64,000 nt of DNA from Camelus ferus (lineage: Eukaryota), in NCBI RefSeq assembly GCF_009834535.1, contig NC_045697.1, positions 48,300,001 through 48,364,000 of the forward strand. The letters are read 5' to 3'. Made by a program: the position numbers and the translations under genes. Shown here in pieces: positions 1 to 13,700 of the stretch. The notes beneath the pieces are model-generated. The model was not told the DNA's origin, ran no database searches, and worked only from the letters and a program-made list of their open reading frames with translations. Numbering within the stretch: position 1 is the first letter of the stretch; each line of letters begins with the position of its first letter.

Positions 1-2170
1 GGCTTGGTGTCAGTGTGTACCACCTGGACAAGAAACCCATCTCCACCACCACCACCCTCTGCCCCAAACTGACTAATGTCACTCAGTTCTCATGGCCAAA
101 CCTTTAAGTACATGAGATCCTCTATCAGGCCTAGCTAGTACTGACCTACAGTACCTCAGGGCCAGATCATGGTTTACAACTGGCAAAAGCTGAAAGATAA
201 GAAGTTTTTTAAAGGAAAAAGAAAAACTTCTGTCAGTATCACTATAGTGGTTTGGCATTAGGGAAGAGAGTTACATTGCACTTAGTAGCTGAATACTAAT
301 TCTAATATCAAAGCACCTCAGCTATGCACTGATTTTGTCAGCCTTGAAAAAATATGCCTCTGGGACTGCCTGCTTAACGGAGAGTGGTTGATCGATAGCT
401 CCATGATGCATGACAAACCACCTTCAAGTGGAAAGATGTGGAAAACATACACTGACTCCTGGGCAGTGGCCGGTGGCCCTGCCATCTCATCAGGGTCTGG
501 ATGGAGAAGGTCTGGAGATTAGACAAGATCTAGAAGAGGGCATATGGATATCCAAGATGTGCAGATTTTCATATCTCGTGTAAACACTCACTACAAAGCA
601 CCCACCACCGAAGAGGCATAGTACAACCAGACAGACAAAATGGCTCTACCAGTTGACATCAGCCAGCCTTCACCAGCTAATGGGCAAGAGAACACAGTGG
701 TCACGATTGTAGACGTGGAGGCTACGTAAGTGCCCAACTAAGTAGCCAGACTTTTCTTTGGAAAGTGGCACTCTGCTGCTCATTCTGAAAGCCAAACCTG
801 TCAGTTAACAGTCGAGTCCCCAGTAGGATGGTATCCATGGAGACCACCACTTGCAACTTGGTAGCAAGCGAGCGAACTACCTCAACTCCATGGAGCCCCT
901 TCCCTTACAGAAAAGCCATATATTAAGCCTCCCATGAATGGATACATTATCTTACTATGGGCTTTTATTTCCTGCTCATAGAGCCTCAAAAGAGTACCAC
1001 TTCCTGGGGGGTCTGCAATGCACCAGCCACAGGCATGTAATTCGAAAGAGCAACGCACCTAACGAGTGGATCACCTTACAAAAAAGGTGCAGGGTGAGCC
1101 CCTGATCAGGGCGTGCAAGATTGCATCACAAGACATTAATACCACTCAGAAGCAGCTAGACTTTCAGCAGAAAGTTGAAAGAAGCTTCAGAAAGCATAGC
1201 AGATGCACTAACTCAGTTAACTTGCTGTAAATTAGGATACCTTTTATCATGATGGAGTGTTTACACCAAAGAGCCATCAGTATGCTGCTATATCCCTAGT
1301 GGGAAGACTTTTTGGGTCCAGGTATCAGGAGATAAAAGCTTGATCTGTTCTACTTACCATCACTCCAAATGACACACTGGGTCGTTTCACGAGTCATCAT
1401 CATTGCAGGCATAACTGAATGATCAGCAAAAGGTTGGGCTACTTTTACATGATGAGAGCGGGGAAGGATGTGTACTGAACACAAGTCATCTGCTTGACTA
1501 TCTCCTCACACTTACTTTCCTTGCCTCCCTGTAACTCAGGGACAGTCAGCAGCCCAGGCTTGAAAATGATTAGTGAGGGTTCAGGCCCCTTGGATGATGG
1601 TTAGTTTCACACCACCAAACTTCAAATGAGGCAATAGCCAAGACTGAAGAGAATGTAGAGTGGAGAAGGGAGAAGGTAGGTATCAGTTGTGACCCAAGAT
1701 CAGCTCTGGTAAGGGGAGCTGTATTTTATCCCACTTCTATCCTCTGAAAGAGAGGGCTATGGGAGCCATGATGTTGCTGCTCTTTGGACCTAGGTAGAGA
1801 AGCAGATATGTGAGCACAAGGGGCAGACTGTGATGCCCATTAGAATGCCACACCTCCCACCATTGTTTTCAAACAATGACTGAGTGCAGCAGGGACTCTG
1901 GGGAAAGCCCATTCCTGCAAGAGCTGGGCTTCCTCTGAGGGGTGATTTCTGGTCTGTTAGTTGCCACTGACCATGCCAAACACTATTGCACCACAGTATA
2001 ATTCATTCCCTATCTGACATTTATTTCTTCTTTCCTTCAGAAGGTTAGGCCAGAATTGTGATTGATGGCTTCTCCAAATACTCCAGTGCCTTCTAAACTC
2101 CTTTTGCAGGTCTGTTTCCCACTACAAAAGAAATTCTCAACATTTATACCTTTTTGTCATATGCATCTCA
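1..2170 (+). mobile_element. ERVL-MaLR (MLT-type) internal fragment plus LTR remnant
   Basis: Decayed MaLR-internal-like text (e.g. 'gtaaacactcactacaaagca...gaagaggca...gttgacatcagccagcc'), homologous to 24350-26150 and 38900-40860; LTR-like end ~1830-2170. Family recognised from memory. Confidence 0.6.
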
Positions 2171-2193
2171 GACAATGCAAACAACAGTATAAA

Positions 2194-2600
2194 TTTTTAG
2201 ATCCCACTTAAAATCTTAAGCACCATAATATATTCAGATATAAAAGTATCTTATATATGCCTAGAGATACCTCCAGAGCTACTCCATTCAGAGGGTGACA
2301 ACCATCCAAAACAGAGGGGGCAGCAGGTTCAGCTCCTAAGTTGCCTCAACACTGTGGATATTCATTTTATCCCATATTGATGGGATGCCTAAGTAGAAAC
2401 TTTCAGATCCTTTCTAAAATCTTAAGCACCATATATAAGAAATCTCTATACCTGAATATATTATGCCTGAAGATACACACAAAGCTACTCCATTCAGAGG
2501 GTGACAACCCTCCAAGGCAGAGGAGGTAGCAGGTGCAGCTCCTGAATTACCTCATCACTATGGATTTTCATTCTTCCAATACTGATCGGATGCCTGAGAT
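2194..2600. repeat. Local tandem duplication, 2 x ~207 bp
   Basis: 'agatcc..taaaatcttaagcaccata...gctactccattcagagggtgacaacc.tccaa' occurs at ~2200-2310 and ~2405-2516; single copy in the paralog at ~26160-26370. Confidence 0.85.
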
Positions 2601-2639
2601 AAGGATACTCCTTGCCCTAAGTTACTCAAGGATAAGGAT

Positions 2640-3465
2640 TAGGAGACATGGGAACTATTTGCCAAGTTTCCACCTGCGTCCAAGTATTTGGATTCCTCTG
2701 TTCTTGTCTTATGTTCCACCATATGCCATTCCATTTTCCTACTGACTCATGAACTCAACAACCATCCCAGATATAGCTATGGACTTGTGACAGCCATCAA
2801 TATCTTCATCCTGCCTCAAAAAGAGGAAGATCACCGAGCATCTGAAGTTTAAATGGCTAGAGGGACCCAACATGACCAGGGACACCAGGGCTCAGATCTA
2901 TTTCTTTGGATGGGATACTCACTGAATCCAGGATAACTGATACCTAGGCAACTTTATCCTACCAATGCTCACACAAGGGCTGGTGTTAATAACCAGGACA
3001 TCACTCAGCTGATCATCTGTCATTTCTTGTTTCTATGATTTCCCCTTCCTTGTTTTAAATTTAGTCACTTATAGACAGAAGTCCCAGAAGTGGTGGTAGC
3101 GTCCTAAGTTTTCTAGACCTGTATTATTCATCACAGGCTGTTTTCAAAGCACTACTTTGTGCCTTTATAAAAATGGCATCTAAGAGGTAAACTAAATTAT
3201 AAGCAGGATAGCCATATATATATATAGGATTTTTTACATTGACCATGGAATAGACTTTCCAGCCCCCTTTTGGGGCCTTTTCTTTCTTGCCCCATTAGTC
3301 TGAAGGCTTTCAACATATTTCTACTACAAAATCCCTAAGTTTCTTAAGTTGCAAGTTGGTTTTATTATTGCAAGTGATGGATGAAACCAGTTTACTCGAA
3401 TACCCACGTCTCCATGGTGTTCTATTGAGCTGTATCACTTAGGATTGTTTTAATTCCAAGTGACA
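2640..3465 (+). pseudogene. Endogenous bornavirus-like L fragment, N-terminal part (segment A+)
   Basis: VPPYAIP ~ LPPEVYP; TQGLVL (2971-2988) ~ BoDV L SQGLVM; LRI...SDK ~ LRI..DIVSDK just before an A-run at 3466-3486. Collinear but heavily decayed. Confidence 0.45.
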
Positions 3466-3699
3466 AAAAAAAAAAAAAAAAAAAAACCCCAGCTGTAACT
3501 TCTTTGAGACAGGAACACACTGGCTTACAAAATGAAGAGTCAAGGTGTTTTGTGCCCAGGTGTGTGTGTGTGCTTGGCTCAAGAGGTGGGTTTTACCAAG
3601 AACCAGACAGATTTATTTCCTCGTATCTTTTCTACTCTCAAAGATATTTCACATTCATTGCTCAGGATCCACACATGTCCCACAAAGACCCCAGCTCCC

Positions 3700-5520
3700 A
3701 CCATCTAGGAATGCTGTCCCTTCATGACAGCAAATCCTCTAGCTTTCATTATCACTCAAGTATTTCTTCCACAAGATCTTCTCTTTAAAAGGCACTTTTC
3801 CAGCAGCATCTCCTGGAGTGGTAATGGCTGATGATATAGCATGTCCATACCTGAATTAGTCACTGTAGACACCAGTAACTGGGTAGGGAAATGGGCTACT
3901 CTAATAAGCTAAAGTCAGACAGATCTATGACCGAGATTGACTGAGACTAGTGGGAAGCTAGGCAACAGATGATTTCCTCAAAGTCAAGGGTATGTGTGAC
4001 TGATGATACGGGAATAAATTTTGAGGAAGGATCTGACATGTTTCTCCTCTGAAACAAGCTCAGAGCAGGATGGCTAGCTAGGCTTTGGGGCTCACGACTC
4101 TCGTCTCACTGAGAAATTCCACTCTGAAAATCCCAGGTCTCGCTTTGACAGTAACTTTTTTTCCATTTGAGATCTTTCAGTTAGCCTCCATGATTAAGGG
4201 CAAGGAGACAAAAATCCTAAATCCCATTTAGTATTGGTTTGCCTACTCAAAGACACAAAGTTCAGTTGTATGATTTTTTTTCTAACTATAACATCCCCAT
4301 CCAAAGTCATCTTAAGCCAACAGCTCCTGAGACAACTAAGGAAGCTGAGTATACTACAATAGTTACTGTAGGTGTTCTCATTCACATGGCCCCAGAGATG
4401 ACCCATTAATAAAATCTATAATACATCTAAGGCAAAACAGTGGTTGCATTGCATTTCCAATAGATTTCCCAAATAGACATCCAGCCAGTTGACCGATTTT
4501 ACAGAAGACTTTGAGTTGAAACCTATGACACAGGGAACCCAGGCATATGGGTAATAAGTAAAAATTTTCAATTCTGAGGACAGCTGGAATCACAAATCAT
4601 TAAGCCAACAGGTAACTCTTGATCCCATAGGGTGAAGGTAACTTGAAGATTCAAACCCTCCCTCAGAGGTAAGTAGGTTTTCAGCTCTTTGGGGGACTCA
4701 GTGGTTGACAATACAACCTAGACTTCTTATATTTCATGCCCAATTCCAATGTCTGTAGACCCATGTCCAACCCAAGAGAGCCCAAGTAAAAGACATAAGG
4801 GCCAAGACAAGCCTGGCAAGTAGTATAGCTCAGGCAGAAGTAAAGAGAACTGCTAAACAGATACAGCTCATAGCCAAGGCCTCTTCACTCTCATATCTGT
4901 AATGGTACCAAGGAATCTCCTCTAAACCCTCTGAGGACAGAGCCTAGTGTTGCATCTCCAGTCCACTAGGAATAGGGACAGAAAACTTCTTCTAGACCGT
5001 GAGGCAGAATCACATCCCATATGTACCCATCACATGGTGGTGATGTCTGAGATTCTCTAACCTTCAGAGAAAGAGCTGCCTCATTTCATATGATGTCATC
5101 GTATTTTGCACACAACGTGAATATGCCTTCAAAGCAGAGCTCCTGACTTGTCCCACAAAATCTAGCCTTCCTCTCAGTCCCTGACCAGAGTGAACAAGGG
5201 CATTTAGTCATATCATAACTGACAGTGCTCTTCCCATAATAGCTTCTGATATGTAAAATCAAATATTTTAAAAGACAACTGAATATTGCCTCTCTAATTC
5301 CTCTCATTTCTTCTATGTGAAGGCTTAATTCTTCCTGAGGAACACAGATCAGACTTTTGGCTATGGAGAGTAAGCAAGTAGTATTCAAAATGGTGAAAGG
5401 GTAGACTCCCACTTTGTAGTGCCACATGCATGGAGATTGGAGGTGGCCACTCAGTCCTAACAACCCTTAAGATGCTGAGGCTAAAAAAATAATTCTTCCT
5501 CCGTGAACTCAAGAGGCCAA
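3700..5520 (-). pseudogene. Endogenous bornavirus-like L fragment, capping-domain region (segment A-)
   Basis: ORF 5086-5463: W..KVGVYPF ~ WGRDLVGVTMPF; SLICVPQEELSLHIEEMRG ~ AIIYCPQETLRSHHLTTRG; YYGKST ~ YLGSNT. ORF 4378-4593: AGCLFGKSIG ~ AGYCLGILIG. Confidence 0.65.
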
Positions 5521-5524
5521 GTAC

Positions 5525-6590
5525 AGGGCAAACTCTCACCCCTAAACTGGAGAGAGAAATGGGTAAACACAGAGAGTCCCTGCTTACAAGTGCAGGGACT
5601 CAATGGGAAACCACAGGGGGAACCAGCAGGAGGGGAGGAAAACCTGAACTATACTTAACTAGTTTCTGGAAAGTCAGTGCAGATATACTTGGGATTTAAA
5701 AACTCCAGGGGAACACAGCCACAGGGAGCCCTCACAATATCATGAGATTTCCCTATAGGAGCTCAACTGGGATCCCACAGCAGTAGTTAGAAAAATCTGC
5801 TCTTGTGTCTGACAGTGAAAGGGAAAGAGGTACCATTTAAGAGACTAGAGGACTCTGTTCTGACAAGGTCTTCCCTCAGGGGAAATAGTACCCAGAGCCT
5901 AATTTTCTGGCATATCAGAACCTAACTGATCCAGAAGGGAAATACACAATTCCAACTCAAATTATTTACTCTACCTACAGGGGGAGAAGAACAACTGATC
6001 AACCCTTGTGACGTTCATAGTTTCAAGGCACAGAGACTCACTGAAAGCCATAAACCTAATCATGTGATCAAGGAATGCTTTTCGCTTTTCCTGTTCATCA
6101 CCACATTACCAAAGTCCTATTTGCAACACTTTTACCTAGTCCATCGTGTCTAGCTGTCACAGAAAAAAATTACAAGGCATACCAAAAGGCAAAATAGAAG
6201 AAAAAAACACATTACCTCTTCTATTATGTCTACCACACTCCCCTTTTCTATCGATTCCCTGCACAGCATGGTTTCTATCACATGGGCAGAACCCAAGATG
6301 ACAATGATTCCTCAGTTGGAACAAAATTTTTAGAGAAAAATCTACTCATAATGGGCAAGACAGGGCACTTCAGTGACAAAACCAAGTAACTTGTAATTTC
6401 AACAGCAACACTAAGCCAGAAGACAGTGTAGAAACCTTAAATATGATCAAGAAAATGTTAGGTGAATCTTGATTGTGGTAGTGGTTTCATTGGTGTATAC
6501 ATCTATCAAAAAAATAAATAAATAAAAGAAAATACAACCCAAAGTGATTAAAAGAAAAACAGAACTGACTCTCAAGAATAATACTACAGT
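5525..6590 (+). mobile_element. Old L1 (L1M-type) 5'UTR/3' fragments interrupting segment A-
   Basis: L1M-5'-like text ('tagctgtcacagaaaaaaattacaaggcataccaaaaggcaaa') and an L1 3' piece ('ttgattgtggtagtggtttcattggtgtatacat'); paralog at 32075-32505. Confidence 0.55.
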
Positions 6591-6599
6591 TATTAACAT

Positions 6600-7290
6600 A
6601 GACTCAGAATGCTGCTCCAACAAGCCCTTCCTTTGGAATCTACTACAGAAGAAGCTTCAGAGCAACCAACATGACTGGTGATGTGCAAATATTTAGTTAC
6701 AATGATTGCATTTAAACAGTTTTGACTTTATAATGGTAACAAAACAATATGCATTCAGTAGAAACCATCCCCTTAGAGGGTCTGAACAACTTTCTGTGAG
6801 ACCTAGCAGAAGTGATGAAGACACTCAGCATACCCTGAAGTTGCTGAGTCACTCCACTAGCTGCACCCTCTTCCTAGAGGGTGAGGTCACACCCTAGTTA
6901 CATGGACAAACATCTGAACCTGCCCTGCCAGATCTATATACCCTGGGCACTACAAACCATGAATATGCCCATCCCTGTAATGACCTGCAGAACCACTTCC
7001 TGAAGGGGAAAAGCCTTAAGAGGGGTGGCTTCCTGACCACTTGTGCGGATAAGAAGAGCCCTAGACTAGTTGGAAGGGATCTTTCTGAGGTGTTCAAACT
7101 CAAGCATGACGGGGACCTCCTGAGCTCAGCACACTTCAATACTGTCAGTCTTTGGATGACTGTTATTCAAGATCATAGGGGTTCTGACTCATATCCATCG
7201 GGGATATGATTCAGCTGGTTTCAAAACAATCTTTCAATATCCCCAATGTCATCATAGCCTTCAAGTTATATTCTAAGTTAAAGAATAGCC
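6600..7290 (-). pseudogene. Endogenous bornavirus-like L fragment, RdRp core (upstream part of segment A-)
   Basis: EG...ILKDCFE (7240-7220) ~ EGMRQKLWTILTSCWE; LKCAE..S ~ LKVEECWVS; SDVCP ~ ADTSP; SDPL (6785-6774) ~ MSDPL. Order is collinear with 5520-3700. Confidence 0.55.
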
Positions 7291-7329
7291 ATTATTTGAT
7301 ATTTTAACCCTGAAAATTACAATACTGTA

Positions 7330-8356
7330 TTCCTATCCAAGAGGTAGACATAGGATGGCTCCTGTCACCATTATACCCTGTGATCCTCTAGGAGATGAGG
7401 TGCTTCCTGTCTCCAAAATGTCAGATCCTACAGGATTAGTGGATCTGATCCCCAGAGAGGAAGACTTCCACTAGGAGGTATAGAATAGATTCCAGAGACC
7501 TAAAGCAACAATTGGTCATGCTAGGCATCTTATACCAGTAGGCCAGTAGACAAAGGGAGCATGTAATGATACTTCAGAGATTGCTGACCCTGAAAATCAT
7601 GAATAGACTTCTGCTGCAGTAGGGAAATGATTTATAGACTTGTTGGGTTGACTAGAAGCCTCTTAGTGACACTGAGTGGTGATAAGCACACTTATTGCAG
7701 CAACCTAGATTCAGGTAGCTCAGATGCTTTATGGATGTGTAGCATCTGTATCCCCATATGAATAAGCATCTGGAGCAGCAGAGGAACTGGCAGAGGATGA
7801 AGAGGAATGAAGAATTGTAGGCAAATAGGCAGATGAGTACCTACTGCTGTCTAGGGACTTGTTGCAGCTGTGGGGATAGTACCTTGTAACACTAGTCACC
7901 TTATTGTAAGTTTCTTTGTAAAGGCTGATTCTTCAGGATGGGGAACGCTCAAGACAAGAAATGTGAACTCAATATGGGACACAAGTGGTTCCAATTGTGT
8001 ACCAAGCAGGCTGAGCAGACACTAGCTCCTCTTGCTCAATTACTCAGGCCACCCAGAGGAAACCTACAGATATTTCCACATGCCAATATTTGCATCTGTT
8101 CTCCTGCCACAGGTCCATGCTGCACAAGGCAGGCCAAGAGTCCTGGAGTAAGTGGCCTTCCCTGAGGCTGCCTAGATCATCCCTCAGAATTATCCCACCA
8201 GAGGGTCCTCAGACAAGCTGGCCCAAGTGGCCATTACCCACTAACATATTTTGAGTGGTTTACCTGCCTTCTCACTTCCCTCTCACTGCTTCCTGGCATC
8301 ATCTTACCATTGCACCGAATTCTTTCTCTTCTGGTTTTTTAAGAAACCCAAACTAA
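7330..8356 (+). mobile_element. ERVL-MaLR internal 3' part and MLT LTR
   Basis: MaLR-internal-like sequence followed by an LTR-type end 'cacttccctctcactgcttcctggcatcatc...aacccaaactaa'. Confidence 0.55.
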
Positions 8357-8360
8357 AGTG

Positions 8361-8490
8361 GGGAGGGTATAGCTCAAATGGCAGAGCACATGCTTAGCAC
8401 GTACAAGGTTCTGAGTTCAATTCCCAGTACCCCTTTTAAGAAAAACTAATAAATAGACCTACTGACCTCCCCCACAAAAATTTTTTTAAA
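8361..8490 (+). mobile_element. tRNA-derived SINE (camelid Vic-1-like)
   Basis: ggggagggtatagctcaaatggcagag...gagttcaattcccagtac with A/B boxes; TSD aaacccaaactaa at 8344-8356 and 8491-8503. Confidence 0.9.
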
Positions 8491-8859
8491 AAACCCAAAC
8501 TAAGCAGGAATGAATCTGAGTAGACTCATTTTAACTAAAAATAAGTCTTAACTCCAAAGTGACTCAAGTAATTGATACATTTATCTGGGGCTCATAGGTA
8601 GTGTGATTTTAGGTAGAAATCAAGGACGTTATTTATGCTTTTTCTATCCTAGTATGAGATGTATAGGCATGCCACGTCTGACCTGCCTGTTTCTTGCCTC
8701 TCACATCTAAGATCAGTCTTGCAGCTTCATTAAACATAGAAAAGCAACTTGAACACTGAAGCTCAAGATGACCAAACTGACATAAGGAGAAATACCATTC
8801 AATTTATAAGTCATGAGTCCTAAAGTATAGAAAACTAAGGAGAGAGACATGGTCAGCCC

Positions 8860-9200
8860 ACAGGGGAAGAATTTAAGCATCTATCCTTAAGTCTTAATGT
8901 TCCATATCTAGACTCAAGAGGTGGAAAGCAACCTAAAATTCTAATAGCACCTCAAGCTGCAACCAGACATTAGAAGGGGAGGGAAACATATACAAACCCC
9001 AGGAAAAGCTCACAGGTCAAAGTAAAGGAAGATCAGAGGAAAATCATGTCCTTCTTCCAAGAGTAACCACAGACTCTCTGGTACACAGACCTGTCCCTTT
9101 CAGTCTCTACAGGAAACAAGCACACAGTCCTTCTGGAGTCAATCTGTACTATAGTGGGAGTCCCAGGATAATTGTGTGGGCAGAGTCAACACAGTGGACC
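8860..9200 (+). pseudogene. Endogenous bornavirus-like M fragment (segment B)
   Basis: LNVPYL (8893-8910) ~ BoDV M LNIPFL; EKLT ~ KKLT; HS..GVNLYY (to 9152) ~ GHSLVNIYF, in order. Confidence 0.5.
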
Positions 9201-9262
9201 TCAGTGACTTCTTTCACAAGCACCCGTCATTCACCAGGTAGAAACTGCTTCCCACTCCCTTC

Positions 9263-9670
9263 TGTGGTAGGCAGAATGGCCCCTAAAGAGGTCTGCATCC
9301 TAATTCCCAGAAGCTGTTAACAGATTAGGTAACATGGCAAGGGAGAACTAAGATGCCTGATGGAATTAAGGTTGTTATTCAGCAGACCACAGAATAAGGA
9401 GATGATCCTAGCTGATCCCAGTTGGATGGTATAGTTGGAGACTTGACACTGGAAGAGAGAGGCAGAAGACTCAGAGTGCTGGGATTAAAAGACACTCAAC
9501 TAGCCATCACTGGTGTGAAGATGGAAGGAGGCAATGAACCAAGAAACTTAAAAAGCCATGTAGCTGGAGAAGTCAAGAGAATGGATTCAATATCCCATCT
9601 AGAGCCTCTGGAAAAGAATGCAGGCCTGCCTACATCTCCACTTTAGCAAAGTGAGATCATTTCAGACTGT
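9263..9670 (+). mobile_element. MLT1 (MaLR) solo LTR
   Basis: tgtggtaggcagaatggccc...cctaattcccagaagctgt...gatggaattaaggttg...ctagagcctctggaaaagaatgcag; paralog at 16312-16725. Confidence 0.85.
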
Positions 9671-10339
9671 TAAAGGGGGTTATGCACAAAATACTGTTTG
9701 TAGTTTGGTTCTGTTTTGTGGAAATTGAAGTATATGCATAGATCCTTTAGAAGGAAAGAAAGTTTCTTCTAGGTAGGAGAATTGGCTTGCTTGCAGAAAG
9801 GATGAGGAGAGACTAAATTGTTTCGGTGATTAATTTATATACATGATAAACACAAAATTTTAAAAAGTACAAGAAAGTATCCAGCAAAATTAAGAGATCA
9901 AAGCAAATGAGTTGAGGTATTAGACACACATGTCTAATATTCCTAATATTCAAAAGTCATACAAATAAAATACACAAGGTAAGAAGTCAAAGGCCTAGCA
10001 TAGGTAATTTTTAAGTACCTATTACGCACAAAAAGTTCTCAATTACCTAATAGGCAGAATTCTCTCATTTCAAATTGAAGGACGGCAAAAACTAGAGAAC
10101 GCTTAGTTCTAGCTGGATTGCAGAATATTTAACTTCATTAGCAATAGGAGTACATGAGCAGTTGCTAGAAGGAAATGCAAGCTGTACCTACATTTTGAAC
10201 ATTCAGCTCTAATTTCTTAAAATAGGCACCTAGATATAAAGGCAGATCAGATACAGTCTCTCAGAGACAAACACGAGGACATTCATTCACAGGTTACACA
10301 AACATACAAGCGGTAATGTAGGAAAAGCTCTCTCAACTC

Positions 10340-10740
10340 CAGAGAACTATTCCAGGAAAGAAGAGGACCTAGTGACATTAAGGAGTTGGGGAATGAGAAT
10401 CCAGTATTGGCAAATACCCAATAGCCATTCAGTTTACACCTCATTCAATCAAGGACTGTACAATGAAATCATTCTCCCTATAGGAGTCTCCATCTTCAAC
10501 TGGTTTTACTTTTGAAAATAGATGTCTTTGCACAGAGAACAGAACCCCTCCTGGTATATAACACCATCGTTCACCAAGATTCCCTGCTCAGAGACCCAGG
10601 AATTGGGTCAGTGAGTTATCCCACACTTGGCACACCCACCACCAAATACTGCTGATTACACCACCTACTCAGCAGGAACTAATGGCTACAACCTCCGTGG
10701 ATGCTGCTGGCATTCTGCTGCGGTCCCTATTTGGGCACTT
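10340..10740 (+). pseudogene. Endogenous bornavirus-like G fragment (segment B)
   Basis: Basic KKR cluster, then KDC (10451-10459)..IILPIGV ~ RRRR...EDCEILQSLLLGV; LLRDPG ~ FLNDEG; TADYTTY ~ QADLLPY. Confidence 0.45.
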
Positions 10741-10754
10741 AATGCTGCAACAGC

Positions 10755-13700
10755 TCAAACCATCCCTGCTGTCACCTCTAAAACATTCTCCAAAGAGCCA
10801 CTATTTTTCTTCAACCAAGATACATAACCAACAGTTGTCAACTTTCTGCCAATCTAAAATAAATGCTATTATCTTGGCAAAACAACAACAACAACAACAA
10901 CAAACCTCTATGCCTCTAGAATGAGTGCACTTAGAATGCACTCTGCCTTTTAGAACACTTGCCAAGTTCCCTAAGACTTACAAAGTTGTAGGAAGGCATG
11001 GATCCTTTATGAGCCGCTTGTCAACAAGCCTATAAGGTGGTTCTATCAGTAAGCAGGGAAACAGTACCCAGGCCACAGGATTCTCAGTGAATCTCAGCTA
11101 TAACTAGCAAGTGGAAGTAGCTAAGACTTGATTCTAAGTCTAAACCAAGAATTTGTAAATTTGATTCCATTATTTCTTGCAGCCACTGGAGTATTTAATA
11201 CATGTCTCCCATAATCTATTGGACAACGTTGCCATCAGGGCTAATAGGAAGTAGCTCCCTGTGCTAAGAACAGTTCCCAGGTTTTAGGAGGATGACCTCT
11301 ATGGAAGTACAGAGCATGGCCATCTCAGGCCGCGAATGTTCTAGCAAGGCCCTGGCCTGCCTGCAGCTTTGTCATAGTGCTCTGCTCTCTGGAAGGCTCT
11401 CTACATTACCTGCCCTTTCCCCATCCCATTTTCAAAAGACAATGTCAAGATTTCTCAGCTGATTAAGGCAACCATTCTATCTGGGTCCAAACAGGCTTTA
11501 TCCTGTGTTGATAGAACACAAGGAAGTTAATTCAAGTCAGGAACACTGGAAGATGTGGGCTGGCACAATTGAGGACATGGGTCAGGACTTGTTTCTCCAG
11601 CTTGCATTAACATGCAGCTTCTCAGAATGTCACGTACCTTTACAATGTCATTATAAATGAAAAGCAGATTTGTGTCCATGGGGGTGCTACCACTAAGGAT
11701 CATCAGCTTTGTGTAGGTTATCCACCCTTAAGAGATAACTGGTACCTATGCACAACTCACTTGGGCCCCGTGCTTACTCTAGAACTGTTGTTCCAGGCAG
11801 TCAGAGCCCTTATAAACCTCCCAATACTCTGTTAAACAGTTCAGACTATCACTTGAAGACTGGTTATCACAAGGCAAGCAATTCTTAAAGTCCTGGCCCC
11901 TCATGGCTAGACCCACTTTGGATTCTCGCCCCTTGTGCCTATGAGAACATTGACTGAGGACAGCAAGCCTTCCAACCTGAGGACCTGGACAAGGGGCCTA
12001 AAAAGTTCAACTCCAGGCACTGGGACAAATCCTGCCTGGCTTTTCTTCATTGGAAAGTCTCTTCAAGTGACCAATACAGAGAGTAACCATCCCACACTGC
12101 CTTCTACCAAAGGCCCTAGGACTTGGATGCATTTGGCCTGGGCAGGAAAACAAACCTATGTGGTATGAACAACAAACAAACCTATGAGTCCATATAGGAC
12201 TCAGAAAATAGCAGGTTTAACTCTTATTTTGGACAAGTTACACACGTATCGCTTGAGGCACACAGACTAGTCCAAATTACCTGCTCTGAAACAGTGCTGA
12301 GAGTTACACCCCCATGAACTAGATCCTCCTATCTTAGTTTCTAGGAAAGAAAGAAGTTCAAAGACTAGTTGTCCCTCAGTTCTATTCCAAATAGGATGTG
12401 AAACTGCACAAAGTCCTGTCCCCAATGTCTTCTGCCTCACTTGCCAAGAACCCACTGCCTAAATCTCAGATTCCATTTAGGAGGCTCTGAGAGATATGTG
12501 GTCACCGTCAGGAGGAATCTGTGCTGAGCACGTCCATGGGCATTAGCAAGCCAGACACAGGAAATAGTCAAGTTCAAAGTCACTGGATATGAATGACCTG
12601 GTGTGGTTCTTCCAACACTCACTTCTAGGGAGGTCATTTTACTCCAGCTCTTGGGAATGCTGTCAGCTGTCTCCTCCTTCAGGATCTGTCTATGCTTCAA
12701 GGACATGGCCTTCCATGGCAGGTCACACCCACTGACTGACTGCAGAAGGCACACAACAGCCAGCCATTCCAGGCCACTGTGGAGGATGGCCATAAACCAA
12801 CTGATGCCCCCTGGTCTGGACAAGGCACTGCTGTGCCTACACTGCACTTAACTGCAAACTGCTTTCCCATCCCTTTCACAGGATTTCATCTCTAATAAAG
12901 GCCTTCATGCCAAACTCCACCTCAATATCTAATTCCAAACAACCCAATCTACACCACCAGACAGAAGGGACACAAACATGATTCTCCTCTTCCTTGCCTG
13001 GTTGTCTGGTTGTCATCATGACAGTTCTTCTCAATCTACACCCTCTCAAATGAGGGGACCGCCCAGTTCTGGCACCTCTAGAACATGCCATGGTTTCCAG
13101 ACTCCTCTAGTTCCTAGATACATGAGAAATCTTAATACTTTTAATGGCCCTAGAGTCCAGTTTTATCTTCTGACATGTTAGTGCCTCACCTAGATTTCTT
13201 AAATTTGTATAGTGTCTATTCTGTGTGTCTAAACATATGTCTAAAAAATTAGTCTTCCTCCTAGAGTTAGAGGGTAGTACTGCAAAGCTACATCAAACCG
13301 TCTGGACAGAGCTCAAGAACTGGCTGTATAAGTTCTTTATTTCCAGGGAGGATCTCAACAGAGTCAACTAGTAGAGGGAAGTGTGTTACCAAGTATTCAT
13401 GTTCCCATCGCTGGAACACTCATGGAAACTCCATACTGCTACCTCTTCCAGGAGATCTGAAAACAATGTAGACGCATTCTCTGCTTATGTAAACATAATG
13501 GTGTCTATAAAACATACTAGACTGTGTCAGAACAGGGTTTTAAACCCAGTCCAAAACCCAAGCTGAATTGTCTACCTGTAACTTCCAGATATGATAAGAC
13601 TAGCCCCAAGATGGTCAGAAACAGGATTCTCTAAGAACTGTCTTGACTAAAATAGAGCACCTTAACTAGTATTCTATCAAAAAATTTTCAGCTTATCCTG

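Noticed and set aside
10871..10903. Poly-Q coding stretch
   Set aside because: Simple (CAA)n microsatellite, absent from the paralog.
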